Origin: Candidatus Entotheonellaceae bacterium
GTDB taxonomy: Bacteria; Tectomicrobia; Entotheonellia; Entotheonellales; Entotheonellaceae
Length of the DNA: 64,000 nt
Direction of reading: 5' to 3'
Assembly: GCA_965238075.1 (NCBI GenBank)
Contig: OZ250173.1
Location: forward strand, 2,080,001 to 2,144,000
Positions 29,422-37,660 of the stretch are shown in pieces (position 1 is the stretch's first letter; each line of letters begins with the position of its first letter). A program made the position numbers and the translations under genes. The notes beneath the pieces are model-generated. The model ran no database searches, was not told the origin of the DNA, and saw only the letters and a list, made by a program, of their open reading frames with translations.

Positions 29422-30299
29422 CAGACCAGCTCTCCCAATCGTTCAAAGTTGTAACACAGCAGCGCAATTGCGAACTCACGGGCTGAGGGCGTCATCCAGT
29501 CTTCGGGTACACGGTTTACAAGACCACGCAAAACGTTTTCGTCCAATTTTCCAAGCTTGACAAGTGCTGGCCGGAAAAAGTCTGGATGCGTACCAGTCCC
29601 CCGCCTTACCAACTCCAGAGGGCTGGGGCCTCGCCGTTCTTCCTCCGACCAGTAAATCGCGCCATGTCCCTTCTCTGCATAGTTGCCGACGCGGTTCTCC
29701 GCCAAGTGCCTATCGCGGCGGGCATCCAAAAGCTCCCGACCCAGCGAGGAGGCGTGATCAAATGACGGCGCTATGGAATGGTTGCCTGCACGCATCCGAA
29801 GGAAGCCCCAGTTCTCATGATGACGATCCGTGTTGCCAATCAGCGCGTCCAGAGCCAAGTACTCTGCGATGTGGAGTTTCGCCCTTCTTGCACTTTCATG
29901 CTCCACAAAAAAGCGATCCATTACCTGCCAGATATTCGACAGGGTATGAGCCGACTGACGAAACTTTTTCTGGGAATCATATTCGTGGACAATTCGCTCT
30001 AACATCTGGTTGCCGTGGGCCAGTTCCCGACCGCCGCTCGCGAATGATTCCGTCACCGACCCGCGGTTTCCCTGAAACTCCGCGAGTTCTACTTTCGCAT
30101 GCAGGGTCCCAAGCTGATCCGCTACTTCCGCAGCAATCTTTTCCGCCCAATGTTGTCCGGTGTTGCATTGAGGAAATTTGAAAAGCCAGTCGGTGTCGGG
30201 GTCGGGGTTGCGATACCAGAACTTCTCTTTGCTCCCCATCTCCTCAACTTCAACCCGCCATTCCGGCTGTACTTCAACGATTTGGTACGAGCCAGACAC
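29421..30299 (-). CDS. HipA-like/CtkA-family Ser/Thr kinase
   Basis: MGSKEKFW, WLFKFP, HWAEKIA, DALIGNTDRHHENWG, APSFDHASSL. GTG start inferred. Confidence 0.88.
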   Translation of the reverse strand: MSGSYQIVEVQPEWRVEVEEMGSKEKFWYRNPDPDTDWLFKFPQCNTGQHWAEKIAAEVADQLGTLHAKVELAEFQGNRGSVTESFASGGRELAHGNQMLERIVHEYDSQKKFRQSAHTLSNIWQVMDRFFVEHESARRAKLHIAEYLALDALIGNTDRHHENWGFLRMRAGNHSIAPSFDHASSLGRELLDARRDRHLAENRVGNYAEKGHGAIYWSEEERRGPSPLELVRRGTGTHPDFFRPALVKLGKLDENVLRGLVNRVPEDWMTPSAREFAIALLCYNFERLGELV

Positions 30300-30409
30300 G
30301 GCGACCCCTTTCGCGTGACCAGGTTCAAACCGCGACGCCGAAGGTGGTGAATTGACTACAAGTGAAGCCGCCGTCCCAATTAAGCGACGACGGTGCGCCA
30401 AGGTCAGCG

Positions 30410-30619
30410 TTAGCGTTCAAAAATGGGAGGGATTTTGATAATCGACCGCGAAGTGCCAATGTAAATCTCATTGTGATCTGGAACAGGGACGGTCAAAGTG
30501 GAGTCCTCATTCCTTTTCTGCATGGCAATGTGACTCCCGCGTTGACGAACCTGCGGGAAGTCATGTTCTGCAAGGATGCGGTGCACTTCCCGACCGGACA
30601 GCGGGCGTAGCCTACCCGA
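30410..30619 (-). pseudogene. hicA: HicA-family mRNA interferase toxin, probably degenerate
   Basis: GRLRPLSGREVHRILAEHDF..VRQRGSHIAMQK...TVPVPDH.EI.IGT. The expected start, 6 nt after GGAGG and overlapping the hicB end, reads TCG. The C-terminal helix looks shortened. Confidence 0.7.
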
Positions 30620-30839
30620 CCGCAACCTCCAGAGGCGTAATAAAAACTTCGCATTGGAGGTGCCGCTCAACTTCGGAAACGTCAGCCGTTTCGAAGAACA
30701 ACTCCAGGGCCTCGGTCAGATTGCAGCGAGCTTCTTCCACTGTGTTGCCCTGACTGGCGATGTCCACTTCGGGGCATAGGGCGACGTAGCCGTTACCCTC
30801 GCGCTCGATGATGGCCAGAAACCGCCGAAGCTGTTTCAT
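30612..30839 (-). CDS. hicB: HicB-family antitoxin (short, no DNA-binding domain)
   Basis: AIIEREGNGYVALCPEVDIASQGNTVEEARCNLTEALELF. Confidence 0.9.
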   Translation of the reverse strand: MKQLRRFLAIIEREGNGYVALCPEVDIASQGNTVEEARCNLTEALELFFETADVSEVERHLQCEVFITPLEVAVG

Positions 30840-30848
30840 CCAGTGCTC

Positions 30849-31373
30849 TCAACCCACCGTCAGCTTCTCGACCACGCGGTCGAACACCGTCTCGGCGCGG
30901 TGGCACACTTCGTCGCGGGTCAGGGGTTGGATGGGGTGTTCGACGAGAATCACGTTGAACGCCGACAGGCCCAGCGCGTCGGCCTGGGCGCGGGCGGCAT
31001 TGGCGAACTCGGTGGTGGTGCAAACTGCGGCGGGGATGCCGGCTTTTTCAAAGTAAACGCCGTCGTGCACACTGCACGTTGTGCACGAGCCTCAATCCGC
31101 CAGCGCTTCGATGATCAGATCGCACTGCTGTTCGAGTTCCCTGCGCATGTCCTCCGGCGCGGGCCGGGCAAAGGTAGGCTTCATGCGCCGCAAAACGGCC
31201 TTGGGCTGGTGTACTTCATGCAGCCACTCCTCGATGCGGTCCAGGAAGTGGTTGCCCTGCGCCTTGCTGATGTCCAGCAGGCCGATCACCTTGCCGTGCA
31301 GGTCCGGCACCCGCGCCGCCAGACTCGCGGCGTCGGCCACCGGTGCTGCGGTTGGATCGTACAACTTCGTCAT
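30849..31373 (-). CDS. UGSC-family selenoprotein (Sec at UGA 31094-31092)
   Basis: ORFs 31092..31373 and 30849..31070 are in the same frame, joined by GAT TGA GGC TCG TGC ACA ACG TGC AGT GTG CAC GAC = D-U-G-S-C-T-T-C-S-V-H-D. The chain continues EKAGIP..T..F and HPI. Confidence 0.88.
31063..31088 (-). promoter_or_regulatory. Candidate bacterial SECIS hairpin
   Basis: Starts 3 nt after the UGA: UCGUGCACA-ACGUGCAG-UGUGCACGA, a perfect 9-bp stem with a G-containing loop. Confidence 0.65.
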
Positions 31374-31400
31374 GGGTTTCTCCTTTTAGGGGAATACAGG

Positions 31401-32468
31401 TCAGTCAAACTCGATCGGCGCCGTGGCCAGGCGGCTGCCAGCGCCCCAGCCCGATAAGTGAATGGAAAATCGTCCGGCGGTGCCGCCTGCAACGACGACC
31501 GTGATGCCGTCCGGCGAGGTGATCTTGGGAATCAGGGTCGCCTTGTCCTGTGCCTCCAGCCCCTCCGGCACCCGCTGGGGCCACACGCCCTCGGCGCCGT
31601 CCGGGCCGGGCAGCAACTCGCCCAGAGGCCGCTGCATCTGCTCGTACAGAAAGCGCTTGACGTCTTGTTTGCTCAGGCCGTCGGCGCCGATGGTCTTGGC
31701 GTGTTCCGGCCCAATGACCACCGCGCAGTTGTCGTTGAGATACGCCTTGTGTTGCCAGCCCACCGCCATGCTGGCCGCAATGGTGGTCAGGATGCCTTCG
31801 GCGGTGCGGCTGCCGTGGTTGCTGATGCATTGCGGGGCGTCGCAGCAATACACGCTGACGGTGCTCTGCTCGGGCCGGTAGCCCTGTTCGACGTGCAGCG
31901 GTTCCCAGGGGCTTGCCTCTTCGTACTCGCCGATGAGAAAAGTGTACTTCCCCGGGTGCCCCATGGTGGACTTGTCGATTTCGCCGGGGCGGGCGCCGCC
32001 GAGGTTGGTCATGATCAGCCGCAGGGCGCGGCCGATCGTGGCGTTGGCGCGCCAGCCGGAGCCGAACACGCCGGTGGCGCAGTTGATGTCGAGGTGCTGC
32101 CGCACCGGGCCGTTGACGATGAACAACGGTGTCGCGGTGTGCGTCGTGCCCTGCACGCCGTGCAGGCTGACCTGCTCGGCGCACATGGCCTGCACGCCGG
32201 CCACGACGACCGGCAGGTAATCCGGCTTGCAGCCCGCCATCACCGCGTTGATGGCAATCTTCTCAAGCGTCGCGGCGCCATAGTTCGGCGGCACCAGCGC
32301 GATCACCTCGTCGGCCGACCGCGCCGTGGCGGCCAGCATGCGCGCTACCCGCGTCTCGGTGGGTGGCACCACCGGCAATCCGTCGGTGACGCCGCGCTCG
32401 AAATAGAACTCGATGGCGTCGATATCCTCGTCCACATCATAGCCGTGCCCATCAACGGGTTCTGCCAT
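31401..32468 (-). CDS. Conserved hypothetical protein (TDGLPVVPPT family, usual partner of UGSC proteins)
   Basis: TDGLPVVPPT..RV..ML, ATLEKIAINAVMAGC.P.YLPVV, VNGP, RANATIGRALRL, G.PGKY, SPWEPLHVE, VVVAGG. Confidence 0.85.
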   Translation of the reverse strand: MAEPVDGHGYDVDEDIDAIEFYFERGVTDGLPVVPPTETRVARMLAATARSADEVIALVPPNYGAATLEKIAINAVMAGCKPDYLPVVVAGVQAMCAEQVSLHGVQGTTHTATPLFIVNGPVRQHLDINCATGVFGSGWRANATIGRALRLIMTNLGGARPGEIDKSTMGHPGKYTFLIGEYEEASPWEPLHVEQGYRPEQSTVSVYCCDAPQCISNHGSRTAEGILTTIAASMAVGWQHKAYLNDNCAVVIGPEHAKTIGADGLSKQDVKRFLYEQMQRPLGELLPGPDGAEGVWPQRVPEGLEAQDKATLIPKITSPDGITVVVAGGTAGRFSIHLSGWGAGSRLATAPIEFD

Positions 32469-32488
32469 GCTTGGCTTCCCTCCCCGTT

Positions 32489-34138
32489 CTACTTGTACAT
32501 GGTCTGGTTCATCGTACCGCTGCTGTAGATGTCCGGGTCAAGGATGACGTTGACGCACGACGGCTTGCCCGAGGCGCGCGCCCGCTCCATGGCCGGACGG
32601 ATGTCGCCGGGCTCGGTGACGCACTCGCCGTAGCCGCCCATAGCCTCGACGATCACGTCGTAGCGTGTGGCGGACAGCTTATTGGCCACGTCGCCCTTTT
32701 GCTCGCCGTACTTGGCGAGCTGCCCGTAGCGGATCTGGTTCCAGCCGGCGTTGTTGCCCACGACGCTGACGAACGGCAGGTCAAAGCGTACCGCGGTGTC
32801 GATGTCGAAGCCGGTGAGCCCGAAGGCGCCGTCGCCGAACAGCACGAAGATGTCCTTTTCCGGCATGGCGACCTTGGCGGCGATGGCGAACGGCGTGCCG
32901 ACCCCCAGGGTGCCGAGCGGGCCGGGATCGAGCCAGTGCCCCGGCTTGTGGGTGCGGATCACCGACGCCGACATGGTGACGATGTCGCCGCCGTCGCCGA
33001 TGAACACAGTGTCCTCGGTAAGAAAGTCGTTGATCTCCTTGCACAGCCGCAGCGGGTGGATCGGCACCTGATCGGAATTGAGCCCGAGGGCCGCCTGGCT
33101 GGCGCGCTTCTCCTCGTCCTCGCGCAGGGTGCGCAGCCAGTTGTCCGAGTTGCTGTGGCCCGGCGCGATGGCGTCGGTCAGTTGTGCTATCACCGCCGCG
33201 GCGTCGCCGCAGATGCCCAGCGACACGTCGCGGTTGTGGCCCAGCTCGCCGTAGTCCAGATCGACCTGGATGACCTTGGCATCCGGGTTGAGGCGCTGGC
33301 CGTAGCCGAGGCGGAAATCGAAGGGCGTGCCGATGATCATGATGACGTCGGCTTCCTTGAGCGCCCGCCGGCGCGAGGTGACGAAGAGGTTGGGATGGGT
33401 CGGCGGTAGGGCGCCGCGTGCCGCGCCGTTGACGTAGATCGGCAGCCGCGCCTGCTCGGCGAGTTTCGCCAGCGCCGCGGCGCCGCGGCAGAACTGCACC
33501 TGGCTGCCGGCCAGCACCGCCGGGCGCTCGGCTTTGCGAAACCAGTCGGCGGCCATGGCGATGGCGTTGGGGTCGCCGTGCACCTTGTAGGTGGAACGGT
33601 AGTTGCTGGGCATGCGCACGCGGTCGGCGTCGACCTTGGCGTCGAGCACGTCACGCGGCATTTCCAGGAAAACCGGCCCCGGGCGGCCGTTGAAGGCTTC
33701 GCGGAAGGCCATGCTCATCAGTTCGGGGATGCGATCGGTGTGCGGCACCGTGGAAGCGAACTTGGTGATGGGCTTCATGATGGACACGTGATCGAGCTCC
33801 TGCAGCGAGCCCATGTGCATCTGCGTGAAGGCGCCCTGGCCGCCGATGACCAGCATCGGCGTCTGGGCGCGAAAGGCGTTGGCCACGCCCGTCACCGTGT
33901 CCGTCGTTCCCGGCCCGGCGGTCACCACCGCCACGCCCGGCTTGCCGGTGACGCGCGTCCAGGCGTCGGCGGCGTGCGCCGCCGCCTGCTCGTGCCGCAC
34001 GTCGATGATGCGGATGCCTTCATCCAGGCAGCCGTCGTAGATGTCGATGATATGGCCGCCGCAGAGAGTGAAAATGGCCTCCACTCCCTCGGCCTTCAAG
34101 GCGCGGGCAACCAAGTGCCCGCCGCTGATTTCGGTCAT
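32489..34138 (-). CDS. ThDP-dependent enzyme, acetolactate synthase-like / 2-hydroxyacyl-CoA lyase-oxalyl-CoA decarboxylase group
   Basis: FTLCGGH, DVRHEQAAAHAA, TAGPG, LDPGPLGTLGVG, GDGAFG...NN ThDP motif, C-terminal GTMNQTMYK. Confidence 0.9.
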   Translation of the reverse strand: MTEISGGHLVARALKAEGVEAIFTLCGGHIIDIYDGCLDEGIRIIDVRHEQAAAHAADAWTRVTGKPGVAVVTAGPGTTDTVTGVANAFRAQTPMLVIGGQGAFTQMHMGSLQELDHVSIMKPITKFASTVPHTDRIPELMSMAFREAFNGRPGPVFLEMPRDVLDAKVDADRVRMPSNYRSTYKVHGDPNAIAMAADWFRKAERPAVLAGSQVQFCRGAAALAKLAEQARLPIYVNGAARGALPPTHPNLFVTSRRRALKEADVIMIIGTPFDFRLGYGQRLNPDAKVIQVDLDYGELGHNRDVSLGICGDAAAVIAQLTDAIAPGHSNSDNWLRTLREDEEKRASQAALGLNSDQVPIHPLRLCKEINDFLTEDTVFIGDGGDIVTMSASVIRTHKPGHWLDPGPLGTLGVGTPFAIAAKVAMPEKDIFVLFGDGAFGLTGFDIDTAVRFDLPFVSVVGNNAGWNQIRYGQLAKYGEQKGDVANKLSATRYDVIVEAMGGYGECVTEPGDIRPAMERARASGKPSCVNVILDPDIYSSGTMNQTMYK

Positions 34139-34214
34139 GGTATGGCTCCTTAGTGGTTCGTGTTGAGTGGCCAGTGGCTGGTGAAAAACGAAGCCTCAGG
34201 GTATGAATTGCATG

Positions 34215-34238
34215 GTGGCGCAGGCATTCCTGCCTGCG
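34215..34238 (+). repeat. GTGG-type REP-like palindrome, family 2
   Basis: GTGG-CGCAGGCA-TTCC-TGCCTGCG, a perfect 8-bp stem just past the pfk stop. Confidence 0.6.
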
Positions 34239-34253
34239 GAGTCCGGCCCACAA

Positions 34254-35507
34254 CTAAACGACATTGGCAAAGCGCCGGGTAAAATCTTGCGGGGTCATGG
34301 CCGCGGCGGCGGCCAGCTTGTCGAGTACGTCCGGCTGCTGCAGGTCGGCCTTTTCCAGCCGCGTCATGTAGTGGCGTGCCACCTGGTAGCTTTCGCTGCT
34401 GATGTCCACCAAGCGGACGCGGGTGCGCCCGGTGGCGGGGTCGCGCATGTCGTCGAAGGGCAGCAGGTCGATGCGGCCGTCCCGCAGGCAGACCATGCCG
34501 GCGTTGGCGCCCGACAGCAGAAACTTGACGGCGCCGTAACCCAGGGTGCGGGTGTAGTCGATGTCGAACGGAACCGGGGCGGCGGAGCGCAGCTCGTAAC
34601 CGATCGTGCGGTCGACGATGGCCAGCTTTTCACCGCGCTCGGCGAAGCGGCGTACGATCTCGCGTTTCACCACCTTTTCGAGCGGAATTTCTTCGAGCCG
34701 CAAATGGCCGTGCTGATCGTGGGCGATCTCCACGCCCGGCAACTGCGCCAGGGTTTCGGCGGGAATCTTCTCGGCGATGCCCTCGGCCAGCACCACCAAG
34801 CCGTATTCCTGGCCGTTGATCCGCTGCTTCAGCATGCCGCCTTCGACGATGTCGCATACCGCGTCGATGTCGATGCTCTCCGACGCGAATTCCTCGGCGA
34901 TGATCGTCAGCGTCGCGCCCGCCGCCCGGCCGATGCCCAGCGCCAGATGACCGGCGTTGCGGCCCATGGCGCTGACGATGTACCAGCGGTTGGTCGTGCG
35001 GGCGTCTTCGAGAAGGTTCAGGGCTAGCCGGGTGCCGAGGTCGCGCGCGGTCTCGTATCCGAAGGTGGGGGCACCGTCCGGCAGCGGCAGGTCGTTGTCG
35101 ATGGTCTTGGGAATGTGTACCGACCGGAGCGCGCCGCCGCCCGCCCGGGTCACTTCCAAGGCGCTGAACGCCGTGTCGTCGCCGCCGATGGTCACCAGGC
35201 GGGTGATGCCGAGTTCCTTCAAGGTGGCCACCGTGCGCTGCAGGTCGGCCTCCTTGCGGGTCGGATTGGCGCGCGAGGTGCGCAGAATGGCGCCGCCCTG
35301 CACGTGGATGCGCGACACGTCGGCGATGCGCAGCGGCGTCACCCGGTCCGCGCGGCCCTGCATGAGGTGCGAGAAGCCGTCGTAGATGCCGATGACTTCG
35401 AGGCCGGCGTTGATCGCCGCGATGGCCGCCGCGCTGATGGCGCTGTTGATGCCCGGCGCCGGACCGCCCCCCACCAGGATGCCCAACCGCCCCTGTCCTG
35501 CGTCCAT
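34254..35507 (-). CDS. pfp: 6-phosphofructokinase, pyrophosphate-dependent type
   Basis: GGGPAPGIN, GGDDT (Asp at the donor-specificity position), PKTIDND, MGR, GYELR; GGAGG RBS. Confidence 0.88.
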   Translation of the reverse strand: MDAGQGRLGILVGGGPAPGINSAISAAAIAAINAGLEVIGIYDGFSHLMQGRADRVTPLRIADVSRIHVQGGAILRTSRANPTRKEADLQRTVATLKELGITRLVTIGGDDTAFSALEVTRAGGGALRSVHIPKTIDNDLPLPDGAPTFGYETARDLGTRLALNLLEDARTTNRWYIVSAMGRNAGHLALGIGRAAGATLTIIAEEFASESIDIDAVCDIVEGGMLKQRINGQEYGLVVLAEGIAEKIPAETLAQLPGVEIAHDQHGHLRLEEIPLEKVVKREIVRRFAERGEKLAIVDRTIGYELRSAAPVPFDIDYTRTLGYGAVKFLLSGANAGMVCLRDGRIDLLPFDDMRDPATGRTRVRLVDISSESYQVARHYMTRLEKADLQQPDVLDKLAAAAAMTPQDFTRRFANVV

Positions 35508-35652
35508 GTCTGCCCTCCTCCGAACCCTGCGAATCGTCCGATGCGGCGCTTCTGCCAAGCCCGGCAATTCTCTTGAAGGGTATGCGGAAAGTCAAGTAAG
35601 GTAGGGCGCGTCAACCAGCACGCAAGGGGCAACGGCAACAGGAGGAACGGTC

Positions 35653-36420
35653 ATGCGATTGTCAGGCAAAGTAGCGGTGGTGACGGGTAGTAGCCAGGGC
35701 ATCGGGCGGGGTATTGTGGAGCGTTTTGCCCGCGAGGGGGCGGACGTGGTGATCAACTACAACCGCAGCCCGGGCGGTGCCCAAGAGGTTCTCGCTGGGG
35801 TCGAGGCGGCCGGGCGGCGGGGCCTGATTGTGCAGGCGGACGTGTCGACCACCGCCGGGGTGCGGCACCTCATCGACGCCGCCGTCGATCACTTCGGCGA
35901 GCTCGACATTCTGGTGAACAACGCCGGGGTCGAAGTTCACGCGCCGTTCTGGGAGGTCACCGAGGAGCAATACGACCGCGTTCTGAACGTCAATCTCAAG
36001 GGTGTTTTCTTCGCCACCCAGGCGATGGTGAATCACGCCCGGCAGACCGACCGACCGGCCCGCATCATCAATATCAGTTCCGTCCACGAGGAGTTGCCCT
36101 TTCCCAACTTCGCCGCCTACTGCGTCAGCAAGGGCGGGGTGAAAATGCTGACCCGCAATCTGGCCGTCGAACTTGGCCAGTTCGGCATCACCGTCAACGC
36201 CATCGCCCCCGGCGCCATTGAAACGCCCATCAACACGAAGTTGCTGAACGATCCTGCCAAGCTCAACGCCCTGCTGGCGCAAATCCCCCTCAATCGTCTC
36301 GGCCAGCCGGAAGACGTGGCCGGCGTTGCCGTCTTCCTGGCTTCCGATGACGCTGCGTACGTCACGGGCTCAACGTACTACGTGGACGGCGGTCTGACGT
36401 GGCACTACGAGGAGCAGTAG
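35653..36420 (+). CDS. SDR oxidoreductase, glucose 1-dehydrogenase-like
   Basis: TGSSQGIG, NNAG, SSVHE, YCVSK, APGAIETPIN. Confidence 0.9.
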   Translation: MRLSGKVAVVTGSSQGIGRGIVERFAREGADVVINYNRSPGGAQEVLAGVEAAGRRGLIVQADVSTTAGVRHLIDAAVDHFGELDILVNNAGVEVHAPFWEVTEEQYDRVLNVNLKGVFFATQAMVNHARQTDRPARIINISSVHEELPFPNFAAYCVSKGGVKMLTRNLAVELGQFGITVNAIAPGAIETPINTKLLNDPAKLNALLAQIPLNRLGQPEDVAGVAVFLASDDAAYVTGSTYYVDGGLTWHYEEQ

Positions 36421-36425
36421 ACCGC

Positions 36426-36803
36426 TCAACACTCCAGCACCACCTGGGCGATGGCGTGCCCGGCGCTGTGCGACAGCGACAGATGGATGTGCCGGATGCC
36501 GGCGTCGGCGCAGCGTTCCCGCAGGTAGCCGTACAGGTGCAAAAAGGGTTTGCCGAGGGGGTCGTGACGGACTTCGATGTCGCGCCAGCGCATGTGCTTG
36601 CGGAGGCCGCTGCCGAGGGCTTTGAGGAAGGCTTCTTTGCAGGCGAAGCGGGCGGCGAAGCAGGGGTAGGGTAGGCGTTTGGCGCTGCAGTAGGCGCGTT
36701 CGTCAGCGGTGTAGAGCCGTTCGACGAGGCGCGGGCCACTGCGGGTGATGGCCCGTTCCATGCGGTCGATTTCGACCAGGTCGACGCCGATGCCATAGAT
36801 CAT
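36426..36803 (-). CDS. acpS: Holo-[acyl-carrier-protein] synthase
   Basis: MIYGIGVDLVEI.R, AARFACKEAFLKALG, HLSLSH. Confidence 0.95.
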   Translation of the reverse strand: MIYGIGVDLVEIDRMERAITRSGPRLVERLYTADERAYCSAKRLPYPCFAARFACKEAFLKALGSGLRKHMRWRDIEVRHDPLGKPFLHLYGYLRERCADAGIRHIHLSLSHSAGHAIAQVVLEC

Positions 36804-36812
36804 AGCGGGGTC

Positions 36813-37649
36813 TCAGCGCTGCAGGACGAAGCGTTCGAGGGCTTGCACGAGGCCGTCGTCGGCGTTGCTGCCAGTGACGTACCCGGCGGCAGCGCGGACG
36901 GCTTCGACGGCGTTGCCCATGGCAATGCCGAGGCCGGCGCCGCGGATCATTTCCAGGTCGTTGTAGTCGTCGCCGATGGCCATGACGTCGGCAGCGGCCA
37001 GTCCCTCGGCCGCCATCAGGCGTTCCAGCGCCTGCCATTTGGAAACCGTTGCCGGCAGGACCTCCAGAATGTGCCCTTGGTAGTTCTTGTTCAGGATCAT
37101 CTTGGTATGCCCCTGGCCGGCGAGCGCGTCTTCGACCGCCGGACGCAGAGCCTCCAGGCGGTCGGCTTCGGCCATGACGCTGAGCATGACGACCCCGCTC
37201 AGGCAGGCGGCGCCAAGGTCGTCGACGAAGCGGCAGTAGGGCAGGTTGTCCTGGAGGTACTCGCGCTGAAAGGGGTGCAGCTGCTCCATGGGTTCGGTGA
37301 GGATATCGACTTCTTCGTGGAAGGCGTCGATGTAGATCAGCGGCGGCGCCAGTTGCCGCAGAACCGCCAGGCCGCGCCGGCAGAGCGCCTCCGGCAAGGG
37401 GTGGCAGTGCAGCGTTTCGGCCGACGCGACATCCTTTACCAGGGCGCCGTTGTGCACCACGATGGGGCCTTCGAGCCGCAGTTCCTGCGCCAATGGACGC
37501 GCCGAGCGGAAACGCCGGCCAGTGCACAGGATGACCCGCAGACCGGCTTGCTGTGCGGCCATAACCGCCTGTCGGACGGCGTCTCGCAGTTCCCCGTCGG
37601 GGTCGAGCAGGGTGCCGTCAACGTCCAGGGCGAGTAAGCGGTAGGGCAT
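36813..37649 (-). CDS. Cof-type HAD-IIB hydrolase
   Basis: DVDGTLL, CTGR, NGA, SKWQAL, GDDYNDLEM, MGNA. Confidence 0.92.
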   Translation of the reverse strand: MPYRLLALDVDGTLLDPDGELRDAVRQAVMAAQQAGLRVILCTGRRFRSARPLAQELRLEGPIVVHNGALVKDVASAETLHCHPLPEALCRRGLAVLRQLAPPLIYIDAFHEEVDILTEPMEQLHPFQREYLQDNLPYCRFVDDLGAACLSGVVMLSVMAEADRLEALRPAVEDALAGQGHTKMILNKNYQGHILEVLPATVSKWQALERLMAAEGLAAADVMAIGDDYNDLEMIRGAGLGIAMGNAVEAVRAAAGYVTGSNADDGLVQALERFVLQR

Positions 37650-37660
37650 AGTGGGCGGGC

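Noticed and set aside
28669-30839. Integron cassette array explaining the stacked TA genes
   Set aside because: Only isolated TAAC-like motifs were found, with no paired attC R''/R' boxes and no integrase in the window.
30849-31373. Two separate small genes, or a nonsense pseudogene
   Set aside because: Both parts are in the same frame. The UGA sits in a UxxC redox motif characteristic of the UGSC family and is followed by a hairpin, so Sec read-through is more parsimonious.
36426-36803. acpS, P450, aminotransferase and GT2 as a secondary-metabolite gene cluster
   Set aside because: No PKS/NRPS/RiPP core genes are present, and the genes are scattered across different transcription units.
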